DNA of 63,834 nt, the filler included, from Platydemus manokwari (Eukaryota), in assembly GCA_037951405.1 (NCBI GenBank). It is 6 parts of 6 records of this genome, joined end to end, with 100 filler letters (N's around TTAATTAATTAA, not from the genome) between each part and the next. Parts side by side here need not be neighbours in the genome. Positions count along the whole stretch, not along the records: positions 32,507 to 44,250 come from JBBMOY010487775.1; positions 44,351 to 55,022 come from JBBMOY011113998.1; 4 more parts are not named here. One strand, given 5' to 3'. Below, in pieces: positions 39,796 through 52,771 of this stretch. The notes under the pieces were generated by a model. It saw nothing but the letters and a program-made list of their open reading frames with translations, made no database searches and was not told where the DNA came from. Position 1 is the stretch's first letter, and each line of letters starts with the position of its first letter. The translations under genes were made by a program, and so were the position numbers.

Positions 39796-41827
39796 TTTTC
39801 ATTTTAGATCAGAAAAAAAAATCGCCACGGAGATGAGTTTTATTATTGTTATATGACTATATTTTGTTTATTTGATTTTAGCCTGGTAATTGATGAAAAA
39901 CGGGATGATCGCGGAACAAGACGATTGGATTGAAGAAAAGCGCGCAGTGAACATTTTCATGCCTGTGAAAACCGACTACGACGTACAAAAGTTAGACTAC
40001 AAAAAACCAAAATTTCGCACTTTGATTTTCAAAGAGATATTTTTATGTTTTTATATAAATCTTTACATCTTCTATATAACATAAAACGAAGAGTTTATTT
40101 TGGAAAATATTCAATTACATAATTACACATGCACAAGTATTGACCAATCCCACCCATCATAAATCAATAACTTCAATTAAAATCTTGAAAAAGAGAACAG
40201 CAAATGAAAGCTGAGCACAAGTTTTACGTTTATAAATACTCATAAATAATAACTAACTAAACACAAGGTACACATTTGATAATGATAACAAAATGAAAGA
40301 TTAAAAAAGATGAAAAACCATTACAAAGCAAATCACAATAGTTTTCGAGCATAAAAGACTAGCGGTTGTTCCTGAGAGTTGACTCTTTTTATAGGATATG
40401 TTTTGGGTACTTATTTAATGTTTAAGATTTCACATTTTATTTATTGAAACCATTTTAAACTTGACAATGAATCTAACTGTCAGATTTCTTTCAATCTTTT
40501 ATGTAATTGGTGCATTTCCCTGTTTGTTGGTTTTTTTTAGTGCGCACCAATGAAAACAGCAAACCAATCAAAGATCATTAATTTGAGTTTGTCATAGTAA
40601 TTAAGCTAGTCTATTTTGTCTGACAATGAATTTATCTCTGCATTCCTTGTTTGCAGATATTATTTTTGAGTAATTTCTGTCACATTTCTCAAAAGTAACA
40701 CTCTCAAACTCTTGACTATAGATCTTGTTTCAAATATGACCTATTTCCATTTGAAGAAAGTAAAATGTATTTGTTTTTTGATTGCATTCTGAAAACTGAA
40801 TATCAAGTAATGTGAGCAAAAAATTACTGAAAAAATTTCATGAAAAATTATCCAGAAAATGAATTGTTGGTAGCAGCTGTCACAGAAGTTTTCAACAGCC
40901 GCTGATTTTTCGTGATTATTTCATTATAAAAACAAGTCAGAAAATAGCACATTAACAGCCTTATTTCAACGTATGGACGCTGATATATAAAATTTGACAG
41001 ATTGAATAAGAGACAAGATTTATTGATTATTGATTTTAAATTCACTGAGATAATTCTTATTTGCGAAAAATAAAAATTTAAAGTGAACTGATGGAAAAAA
41101 TAAAGTGATCTAATCTGACTAACTGGTCGTTAATACTTCCGAATAGTTAGAAATCGGAAACTGATGATTCCACCAACGATCTGACAACCAACAGATAATT
41201 ATGTGAGTGCAATAAATCAATAAATAACAAAAAATATATTCACTATATTACAAATTGGAGAATGTGTAATACTAGATTTTAATAATACTTCAGTGTTATC
41301 ACCTCAAGATAATTAAAAATATACGGAGATAATTAATGCACCTTACTTCAATGTGAAACAATAGAAATGATTTTGTGCTCCAATAAATTCCTTGGACATT
41401 GTGGAAAATTGGTTTTAAAATTTATAACTAATCTACTGTCGGAGATTGATACCAATTGTCAATTTACTATAATGAGTTGAAAATTCAAATGTAACTGAAA
41501 TATAATATATGACTTATCGTATGATACGTAACCTAATTAGTGTTGATAGAGTTCTCTTAAAGATTTCGATCGAATCGAATAATTCACGTAATGAGAAAAT
41601 TAACGAACCATCGAATGAATGATCACGTCTGAAATTATTGTCCCATATTCTGTTATTTACTTTTCCTTTTATAATTTTTTGGTTGTGTGTTTTATGATTC
41701 ATTCTGTGTTCATTTGTAAGTTCCTATAGTTATTTTACAGGTTTTAGTGGTGATTTATCTTAAAAATTAAAAACTTAGTTTATCCCAATATTGCCATGGT
41801 AACAGAAATTATTCATATTGAATAACC

Positions 41828-41980
41828 ATGATAATTCGAACTTTTATACTACTTAATGCCCACAATTATTTATACTTTATATTATCAGTGACTATAATTA
41901 ATTATGTTTTGTATACAAATGATCTTTCAAATGGAGAACTACTTTTGGTAAATAAATTAGGAAGCAGGAATACCGAATAC
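41828..41980 (+). CDS. Putative first coding exon of an unidentified gene (hydrophobic N-terminus)
   Basis: ACCATG context, then MIIRTFILLNAHNYLYFILSVTIINYVLY..., ending at a perfect GTAAGT donor at 41981 (phase 0). No downstream exons were identified. Confidence 0.3.
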
Positions 41981-42759
41981 GTAAGTCTAATCAGAAATTT
42001 AAATTGTCAACCACAAGAATTTAATTTTATTTGATAACGTTATTATTTACAAGAATTCTACATTAAATAATTCGAAGTGTTAATACATCGATTGTTCTCG
42101 AGTCGGTCTTTGATCCATTTTTTTTATAAAACTATTTGTGCAACATTTTAACAAAACAGTTTTATGTTCTCTAATAGACAAATGAATTAAATCTGAAAAT
42201 CATATCGAATCCACCTGCTGGGATAAAAACTACAGTGTGAATAGAAATCGTCAAGACCCAACAAAATTAAGATTTTTTTAAGTGCTCTTTATTAATTTGA
42301 TTTTGATATTGAAACCAGATCCTTTGAGTGTAATAACGTATCAGAAATAATAATACACTGTTGATACGTCTATCGTTTTAATCAATCAACTTCCTAATTC
42401 AATATAGCGTTAATAAAAAAATTAATATTTCAATCCAAGATTACTGCCAGAATGACGAGCTCCTTTAATCAATGAATAAATTAATCCACTCCAATTCAAT
42501 TTAAAAATCCACATAATATCAATCAATTTTTCACAATATTTTTTCAATTCATTATTTTCAGGAATCTAATTTTTAAGCGTAATTTTGAATTCCTAATTCA
42601 AACCTTTAAAAGTGCCTCAATTTAATTTAGCTTTCTCCACTGAAATTAATTATACGTTTTTTAAAATCAATGTTTTCATTTTTTTAAATGATTGATTCTA
42701 AAAACAATGCAGAATAATTAAAAATTATGTGACCTTCAAATTTACAATCAAGTAATTCT

Positions 42760-43361
42760 AGCTTAAGCTAAGAAAAAGGATCCTTTGACCTATTTTCGTT
42801 ATAATGAATTTTCGCGCATTAGATAATTTTATCACTTAATTTTATATATAACTTCTATGTTTGATTTATTCGTGCGATTCAGTTAATATCTCATATCTTA
42901 AGATGTCTAATAGTGACAAAACATAATTATAAAAGCAAGTTCCTATTCCTATCACAACACTTCTGCATGATTATTTGAGTTTTTAAATGTTTATAATTAT
43001 AAAACCGAGTTACGTAATCACGGACATGTTGAATAATATCATTGCTTATTTTTAATAAAATAATTGTTAAAATTGAGAATATCTCTAAATTTCCTTCTAA
43101 TGTTAAAAATATGCCCTCGCTAATTTTCAATAAATTGCAATTCGACATGCTTTATTCATTTTTTCAAATAATCAAATTTTAGGATATTCTCAAGCTCTAG
43201 TGAATTTTATATTTGATTTCAAACAACTAGAGTTCTTCTTAAGTACCTAAATAAAAAATTCAAAATGTTTTTAAAGAATATGATTAAATAAACTATATAG
43301 AATTTTGCAATACACTCAACAAATTTAAAATTTCAGTTTGAGGACCCTTTTAACTTTAGCA
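42760..43361 (-). mobile_element. MITE family A copy 3 (inverted)
   Basis: The reverse complement matches 29784-30367 over its length (e.g. ttcgttataatgaattttcgcgcat; ggaccc...ttaactttagc). Termini are eroded. Confidence 0.78.
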
Positions 43362-44006
43362 GTAATTATTGTTATTTTGTGAAATTTGTGGATTTGACTT
43401 GACCCGGCAAAATAATAAAGATTTATTTTATAGAATTGTTCATGTACTTTTGATTTTATTTAAGCATTGTCAGTATTTCAAATATAAATAGCTAAGGTTA
43501 CGTTTAAAATATTAAAGAAATCCATAAAATTATAATTGACCACAACAAAATTGTTGAAACTCAAACCTAAACATTCTAAGAATAAGAATAATCACTCAAA
43601 AAATAAAGATAATCACAAGAGTTATGCAACATGAAGAGTTGTTCTCGACTAGTCTTATAGACTATGTTGTGTGTGTCTACTTACTGTTTAGAAGCCAGGT
43701 ATTTATTATAAATAATTGTGAATGACTAACAAATTTGTTGGGGTCAGGGACACGATAGGGTCGGTCTGTGGTAATAATGATTATGTTAGGTTAAGTTGTT
43801 TTCTGACTCAAGTAGGGTGGGTGCAATTGAGATATTAATTAATATTTAAATGATAATATATTAACCAGTAAATATAAAATAATTTGGAAAATATCGTTTA
43901 TTGTGATGAGTCAACTAGTAATAAGTATCAATTCAATTAACAATTTTCAAAGATATATTATAATCAATTAAAATGACACAATAATTATCAATAAGTACAA
44001 TAGCTC

Positions 44007-44119
44007 AAATGGTTTCCAATTAAAATAAGTAAATTAGATAAAATGGTTACCAAATAAAATAATAAGTTAGATAAAATGGTTACAAATAAAATAATAAGTT
44101 AGATAAAATGGTTACAAAT
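44007..44119 (+). repeat. Minisatellite, 32-34 bp unit, about 3.4 copies
   Basis: Unit AAATGGTTAC(C)AAATAAAATAATAAGTTAGATA. Confidence 0.88.
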
Positions 44120-44250
44120 TATCAAAATGAACTCCCAACAATAACCAGGGGTGATTTTGGCGCTTAAAAATTTGTTATTCACTATTGTTATGCTCGAGGC
44201 CGTAGCGACTTGAGCCCTGTAGCTTGGTTATTTTAATTAGTAGTAAGGCA

Positions 44251-44350
44251 NNNNNNNNNNNNNNNNNNNNNNNNNNNNNNNNNNNNNNNNNNNNTTAATT
44301 AATTAANNNNNNNNNNNNNNNNNNNNNNNNNNNNNNNNNNNNNNNNNNNN
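44251..44350. other. Artificial contig spacer
   Basis: 44N-TTAATTAATTAA-44N. Confidence 0.98.
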
Positions 44351-44533
44351 GCTTAAAAATTAAGATTATATAATTTCATTTTTTGTATTGTTTAAACAGT
44401 TTTAACCTTATTATAAAATGATTGGTCCACAAAATTTGCTTTTTTCCAATCAAGACAAAGTATATCTTGAATTTCATTGAGTTGTCATCATGTATGTTTT
44501 ATTAATCGTCATGTTAAGATTTTGTATTTTTAG

Positions 44534-47500
44534 ACTGAATGTTACCTTCAAGTGACTGGTACTTTCAGTTCTCAAAATAATGTTGCAGCATTTTTGCCGG
44601 AAAGTAGCTCTACAGCAGTCGGATTAGTTATTGTTCATGGTCATTTAGCAAATTCATTAAAAATATCAAAATCAGATGTATATATTTCTAGTGACGGTGG
44701 TTATAATTGGATAAAAGTGAGTTTGTTTTAATTTTCTTATATATATATATACCTTTTAAAATAAAATTGTTCAAACTGAGGTGTAGAGAAATATATAGAT
44801 CCGGTATCTACTGTGATGGCTATATTGATTCATATCCTTATCAACAGCATGACTTCTGCGGAATTACTATTCTACATAGCATATGTATCAAAATATTTTA
44901 AAAAATCACGAAAATTACGCAATATGAAATATCGGGTTTTACTATTTCTTTTAATTATTTGACACAATTTTCTTTATTCTTTAGATGCATTTGCTAGTTG
45001 TTGGTTTCTAATAACAATACTTAGTTCTGTTCAATCACACAACTTGTAAAGATTTGATTAGAACAGAATATTATTTTGCTTCAATTTTCATTATTGAGTT
45101 TTCGTGCACACCCTGAAGACTTATATTTATTAAGTTATGTTAAATTATGAAGATAAAATATAAAGATAGGTAATCAGAAATAGAAACGTTTTTAATCCCA
45201 TAGAACATTTCAATTACTAAAAGTTTACTTTCTCATAACAACTGAAAATTTGAATGAAAAAGAATATCTTCGTTTCCGGTATCTAATGTTTATAAATTGA
45301 TTGTATATCAAACCATTAAATCCGATTAAATTTACAAGACTTAATATTCATGGTAAAACAATTGGAGATTATTAAAATTTATTGTCTTCATGCACGAAGA
45401 AGAATCACATGATTACTTGTTGATTTTTTCTTTTTATGAGCATTGTAAAATTTTATATATATATATACAAAATATTCTAATATTTTAACCAGCTAAATTT
45501 TTTTAATGTTTCAAAATATTTTATGTTCTGTTCATTTGCACCACAAATAGCAATTGCTCAACACAACTCTATTGTTTATTTTTAATCTAAACATTATGAG
45601 TGAGATCTGTTGTTACAACTAAAATTCAATATTCAATATTCAATAACTTCAAAGTAATTAAAGTGATATTGATTATTAAATTTATTTTAAAGGCTTTGAA
45701 CGGTCCACACCAAACAGTGATAGCAGATCACGGCGGACTTCTCGTGGCTATCGGAGAAAACAAGCAATTCATTAAATTCAGTACCGACGAAGGGCGATGC
45801 TGGCATGAATATCAGTATACTACAGATGATATACAAGTGACTGGGCTATTAACCGAGCCAGGGAACAAGGCAATGACAGTACTTGTATGGGGATACGATA
45901 AATCTGTTTTTCGATGGGTCATTCACGTTGTTGATTTATCTGCATTGCTTAGCCGAGAATGTTAGAAATTTCATTTTATTTTATATATAAAGTATTGACG
46001 TATAAGCATAATAATATATCTTAAAATGAATAATAAATTTCAGATATTTGCATTAAGAATCCAGCGGTTTATTTGGCATCTAAATTCAAAAGTTTTTACG
46101 ATAAATTTGAAGGTTATATCCGTTGAATAATCAAGCATCCGATTACATAATAATATCTTAGTAATAATTTTAAATGTAAAAACAATGATATGGTAATAGA
46201 AGTAATGTTTCGATTCATATAAAAATGATTTAAAATTTCTAAACGTTGCACCATTATTTACACAACGTAAGCACGTATATTCAATAAATGAAGTTTTCCT
46301 TGATATTGATTTGGAAGAGATTGAAACTAGTAATTATGAAAAGTTTACAAATCATAAGGTTTAAAAATCTTGATTTATCACTATCTAAATATAATATTGT
46401 ATTAATTAAATTATAAACGCAGTTTGAATCTTGAGATATTACATCAGAAAATGAGTTTATCGTAATTAACATGATAATGTTTCAGGCAGGTGAGCAGAGT
46501 TGCTATTGGTTTCATCTAGCCATACAATGCTAATAATTATTTTATTTAAACATTCGATTTGGAAACAAATAATGAACGTTTTGTTAAACTTGATGGTAAG
46601 TATTAAAATGAAGATTCTGATTGCTCAAGATCTTGTGGTGTAAATTATGGTGATCACAGTTAATTTCTTTTAAACAATATCAGTAATTTATTATTTCTTG
46701 AAAAGGTTTTAAAAGAAACAATAAAATGAGGTTCACTTGTGGAACGAATAAATAATTCATTGAAAAAAAACAATGTTTGTCTTCAATTTCCACAAATTAA
46801 CGAAACGATATGTATAGTTATGTATAGTATATATGTATAGTATATATATAATAATCAATAAATATTATATATGTTGATATTTTTCAAGTATATGGACATA
46901 GAATTTGGGATTGTTTCACATTAATAGATTTTTCATTTAAATCTAATTCAGAATATATTATTGATTAATGAACTAATGGAAGATTTGCTTTCATTCAATA
47001 GATATTAATATTCTGAAATTATAATTTAATATATTATTTCATTTGATTTTAAATAATAATAACTGTAAAATATAAATAAATATCATTAGAAACTTAATTT
47101 ATAATTTTTATTGATTCATATCCGATTTTGTTATTGAATTGTGGTAATGAAAAGTTCTTCGATAAATCAGAATTTTTCGCTAAAAATATTTCAGCTTAAT
47201 TATTTTAGGTGAAACAAACATATTAACTACATGATAAATGAGACATAATGGTCAATTATTTCTATTATTGTTTCCAAAGTTTATTTGGTACATATTTTGA
47301 TAAAAACTGTTGAAATTATAATTAAGTTCAAGTCTATTTATTAAAGTTAATAAAGACTGAAAGTTTTTCGATCGTGGTGAATTTGATTTACTGACCTATC
47401 TGAACATGGAGCCTTTAGCCTGTCGAAGATTACTCACCAATTAGGCTCAAATTCCGGAAAAGTTAAGTGTCACTTGCTTAGAGGGTGTTTCTTTTACATG

Positions 47501-50500
47501 AAATTGATCCATTATTTAATGTATAAATTTTGATTGTTTTATTAGTTTTCACAATCTTGAATTTAATCGACAGAAAAATAAATTTCTAATTAATTAATTG
47601 TAAAATTATCCCAATTTTCAATGATATAATTCTTATCAAAAATATCATTTTATTTTCAATATTTATAATTTCTAATCGTTTTGAAACATTTTGTCTGATA
47701 TTATTCTGATATTTTGAATTGATTAAGCAATGATTTACAATTATGTCAATATTTTTACGTTTTAATTATTACTGTCCATAAAAAGGTGTTTTTGCAATTT
47801 ATTTATTCTAGTATGACACACTCACCATTTAAAATATACGATTCTATAAATAAATTATTGATTTTCACAATTCATTTTAATTTTGATAATTATTCGATCA
47901 ATAATTTTTTTATAAATTGATTCCACCATCAACATTTAAATGAGGTGATAATTATTTATTTTCCGGTGAATCATATTTCGCAAATAATGAGCAAAATATT
48001 ATCATTTAATATATTATTTTAATTATCAGGTAATTCCAGTGATTATGATGATTGGTATGCACATTCGGAAATGATGCACCCTCTTGGTGATAAATTTCTT
48101 GGATGTTTATTGGGAAAGAAAGAAGTTTTTCAACGATTGAAAAAAGATTCACTGTTAGTTTATAAATTATTGCTTTAAATTGAAAATATTTACAATTTAA
48201 AACTTTTCACGACTAAAATTATGGTATTTTATGGTTTAAGATGCAAAAATGGTTATTCTCATAAAGTTGATAAGAAAGAAGAAATTTGTCCTTGCACTGA
48301 AGATGATTACGAATGGTAAGATGATCTTGATAAATTCAATTATATATTTCTCAATTGTTTCTGTTAACGACCTTATTTTATTTTTTTTTAAGTTTTACAT
48401 ATTTATTCCCATTCCTCTTAAAATGAGATTCGAAACATAATTGTGAAATCAATAAAATATTTGGTTTTTTATCCACATTATCTCAAATTGAAATTATTCC
48501 ATTTGATGCCAAATTTATCATGTAATAATTCTGAATTTTCTTTTCATAATTTGAGAGTTCTTTCTTCGATATTAAAATTTGTTATTTGTGTCAAGATATT
48601 TTGAACTATTATACGAATCTATATTTTAATCCCATAGATCATATTGATAATTTCAAAAGTAAATCTGATTGTCTAAAATAGTAACAATAAAATATGATTT
48701 TATAGTAAATAATTCTGTTTGTGTCATGGGATTTTTCAACTTGCATTAACAACAAACCCTCTAATACTGTTTGTCACATTTGGAACTTATTTCCAATTCT
48801 GATTCCATAACCATGAGTAAAAAACAAAAGCAGTCATATTTTGTGATTCATGAAATTCTGATCATTGAAATATTTACTATCTCTACAAAAAGTCCAGATA
48901 TAGATCGGTTTCTCAGACATTTCCACTCATCAGTATTATAAATTACTTCGAAACTGATATTGAATTGTTCGCTCAATTTTGGATTTGAATGCATGATAAA
49001 CTGACTAAATTTTATTTTCACTTGGGTCGTAATTTGATTTTGTTTTCAAGTTAGCATACCAATATCGATGGTATCAATTTCATTCTAGATTCGGTAAATT
49101 ACTTTCAAATATTATATATCTACTGTCAATAAATCATGTTATTGAAAGATGTTAAATGAATGTGTTATGAATCATTTTAAATAAAATTTAATAATTTTCT
49201 TTACACGTGCATCATAGAAATTCACATTGTGAGTTTATACTGGTTTATGTGATATTCAATTTATAATGGTAAAATTTGTATTAAAATGTTACCAAAATGA
49301 TTATATTAACCACTTAAGCATCTCGAACGAGACCCTCTCGCGCATCAAATGTGTTCCGATTTGCGCTATCCCGAGTGCTTCTCGCCACTTATTAATATTA
49401 TGTTTACATTTTTATCTGGAGCGATACTTTCTCGTCCGTTTTTATATCATAGAGCTTAGTGTATATCTATTGTATTAAAGTCGGTATTATTGCCCTGACT
49501 GCAACGTGGGTTTATGAAATATCTTTTGCTTTATTTTTTATATAATTCTCTTGTTTTTCTTATTCTTTTGTGGATTTCAAGAATTTTAATGGGGCTAATT
49601 TATTGGTTACTGAACAACATATTCCACCTGAGTGGTTATTTTTGTAAGTTTATACTGTTTTAATGGACATTCTAAGTGGTGGAGCTTTTGGTTTTATTTT
49701 AATTTACCTTATGATTTGTAAGTTGTTTAAATTGTGAAAAATTCCAAATAAGTTCAGTTTTGAAGCAAAATAGGATTTTATAATAAATTCTTGAATCTGA
49801 TTCCTTATCTTATTCTATTTCTTTCACTTTTGAGAACAAATATGAGAGAGGCTTTATTTTATTGTAGAATTTTACTTTACCTTTTCTTATTGCACTTTCT
49901 AATATTCTTACTTAATGGAATATTCCGGTTATGTTTACTCATCATTTCTCGGAATAATAATCAATATAATCAAATATAAAATTTATCTTGTAAATATATA
50001 TTATTTTAGTGAATACGGTTATTTTCGAAAAGTCAATTCGAAAATATGTGTCAGAAATAAGTTAATCACCGAAGATATTTGCGTTAAAGGAGTTGTGGAA
50101 AAAATCATTACTCAAGGTTATAAAAAGATTCCATCTGATGTATGCGAAGGTGGATTTTTACCAGATAAAACTAAACAGAAAATGCTTAATCAAACATGTA
50201 AAGATGATGAGAATACACTTAAAGCAGAAGTTAGTATTGATTGTCACTCTATTTAAACATGAATTTAATGAAATTTTATTTATTAATATACATTTAAAAT
50301 GATCTATCAATGATGTTGATTCAAGGTTTTTATGTTGATTGAAACCCAAAATGATAATTTCGAGAATAGTGCAAATTTTGTCGACATTTTTGAAATAAAT
50401 TCTGATTTTTTAAGAACAAAATTTAATAAATAATTGCTCTATTTATTATTTATTATTATTTTTTAATTTTTTAATCAAATATTTCAAAGCCTATAAGAAG

Positions 50501-52771
50501 TTCCTATAAAATGAAGTACATATTTCCTAATGTGAATTATCTAAATATTTGTTCTGTTATTCACAATACTGTCAAAAGCATGTTTCGTTATTTTATTATT
50601 ATTAATTATTAATTATGAAAAAATCTCCCATGTAATTATTTCATTGTTTCTATTATTTATATCGATTTTTATCGAACTGTAATCAAGATAGAGTTGAATT
50701 ATCACTTAAGTAGATATAACCCGTTATTTCAATAAAACTTTTATTATATCTCAATATTAAATTGTGTTATTATCCATCGATTGTAGGGTAACAATTAAAA
50801 TAAATGTGATTTGTTCAAAAATCGCTGTAATCTTGATAGAGTTTTCGCACTTGACATTTGGTTTTTAAAGGCCATTTACAATAAAATATTGATTTGGAAA
50901 AATCTTCAATAATTAAACTTATGAAGAGAATTTTAATTTTTTGTTTATCTCTTATTGATTAAAATATTGGTTACTTGAATTCTTTTTTATCATAATTGAA
51001 AAGTTTGTTTTTGTTTTAATCATTTTTAAAATTACTAAAAAATAAAACGCATTCAAGGTTTAAGCTCACAAGGTTTAATCAATTTCAATGTCAAACTAAA
51101 TGTAGAACTAAATCAATTATCTTTGTGAAATAATGTAAAGCATAATTAATATATTTTCATTTGCCATATTATATTGTAGCTGATTATCCTTTGAAGCCTA
51201 AAAATACGTTTTATATTTCCTTATCTGAGGTATACCAATATTCGGTAAGTTACATGAATCAAGCAGCTTGAATTATTTTCTACATTTTTGTAATTGAAAT
51301 TCATTGAATCAAATCATTTTTAATCATGTTTTAAAATTGAAAATATCAAAATTTCTAAAAACTTGATTCACATTTTATAAAATTAAAGTTAAATATAAAT
51401 TAATATTATAAATTTATAATTGTTTTATTTTTAGTTATTTGAATCATTTACTTATTAATTTTACATCGACTCAGATAATTAATAAAGTTATTATTGATTT
51501 CAGTCTTTCAAATCACTAGTAATCCTTAGCATCACAAGGAATTTTGAATTTTTATTCTTCATTAAATGATTCATTAAAATAGCCAAACGTAAAGTCTCTA
51601 ATAGTATTACAGTTGTGTAATCGACAAACAACTTGTTTTCTTCCCAAGTTATCTTTAAAATTCATTATAAAGTTTTGAACCGCTAATCGATATTTAATAG
51701 CAATCAAATATTTTTTTCATAACTGTAAAATGTTCTTGGTGTGCACCATATGTATTAATCGAGTGCTGTAAAAACATATAATTTTCTTTGTGCCAATTTG
51801 AACACTTTGTAAAGGTTTGGTTAATGTTCTTTTTCCGAATCTCCACAGAGCAATGTATATCAAAATCATTCCATAATTAAATTTGTTGGGGAAGTTTCCC
51901 TTGGAATAGAAACTAAATTGACCCATTTGTACTGCAATGTTAAGTCACCCTTTGATTTGGACGCGGTCATCTGTAGCATCAAACGACATTTAAAATCTTA
52001 ATTCTTAATTAAATGAGTAATTAAGCAGACTCGAAATCATAAATCTTATATATGAGAAGTGATATTTGTTTATCTTAGATCAAGTAAATAGAAACTCAGT
52101 CTTTGACCTTCTAACTGATAAATCCAAAGTAATACAAAGGTTGATATCTACTTTGATAACAATATTTACTGTGAATGAATTTTGTAAATATTTGTAACTT
52201 TTGGTTTTCCATTATATTTTGAATATAATTTGGAAAATTGATTGTTTTTACAATTTATTGATTTTTCTAATAAACTATCTTGTTCATAAATCAAATAAAA
52301 TCTTTAATTTTATAATAAAAAATACATCTGAATTTGTAAATTTTATTGTACTTTTTTAGATAAATGATCATCTTGCCCCGGTTGTTAAGCAAGTATTGCA
52401 ATATAATTTGTTTCATAAAACAGTATATGTTCGTGTGTATATTTTAGGATAGTGGGAAAGTGAACAGTCTGAAACAGGATATCGTTCAAAATCATTCGAA
52501 TAAAACATTAGCAATCTCGATTTGCAGCGTTTTATTGATTATTTTGATTATCGTTTTGGCATTTATCATATCGAGTAGACGCCGAAATATAAGGAAACGA
52601 AATTCTAGTATTAAATATAAAATTCTTACCACAAATACCCAAGGTGACGCAGATGACGATCAACTACTTATTCGAAATGAAATTGGATATGAAAGTACCA
52701 GCCCATCTAAAAATTACAAAATTCTAGCTAAACACGGATCCGAAGATTCTGATGTTGTAAGAAATTCTTAA
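44534..52771 (+). CDS. SORT1: Sortilin (Vps10p-domain receptor), 3' half
   Basis: In-frame exons 44534-44716, 45693-45960, 48030-48153, 48241-48315, 50010-50229, 52360-52392, 52448-52771. Asp-boxes DVYISSDGGYNW and IKFSTDEGRCW. 10CC region GCLLGKKEVFQRLKKDSLCKNG...CPCTEDDYECEYGYFR...GYKKIPSDVCEGG. A TM helix follows directly with no PKD or LDLa domains, i.e. sortilin architecture rather than SorCS or SorLA. Confidence 0.93.
51700..51920 (-). mobile_element. Possible degraded LINE ORF1 (gag-like) fragment in a sortilin intron
   Basis: A minus frame reads FLFQGKLPQQI*LWNDFDIHCSVE...QTFTKCSNWHKENY, resembling the pre-knuckle and first knuckle region of LINE ORF1. Confidence 0.3.

Noticed and set aside
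44007-44119. CRISPR-like array of about 33-bp repeats
   Set aside because: Units are head-to-tail with no unique spacers, there are no cas genes, and the context is eukaryotic.
48915-48937. Hammerhead ribozyme core (CTGATGA-GTG-GAAA-TG-TC, minus strand)
   Set aside because: Stems I-III cannot be formed.
49306-49510. piggyBac-like start TTAA-CCACTTAAG with GC-rich interior
   Set aside because: No matching right TIR or TTAA was found; probably a repeat, but unclassifiable.
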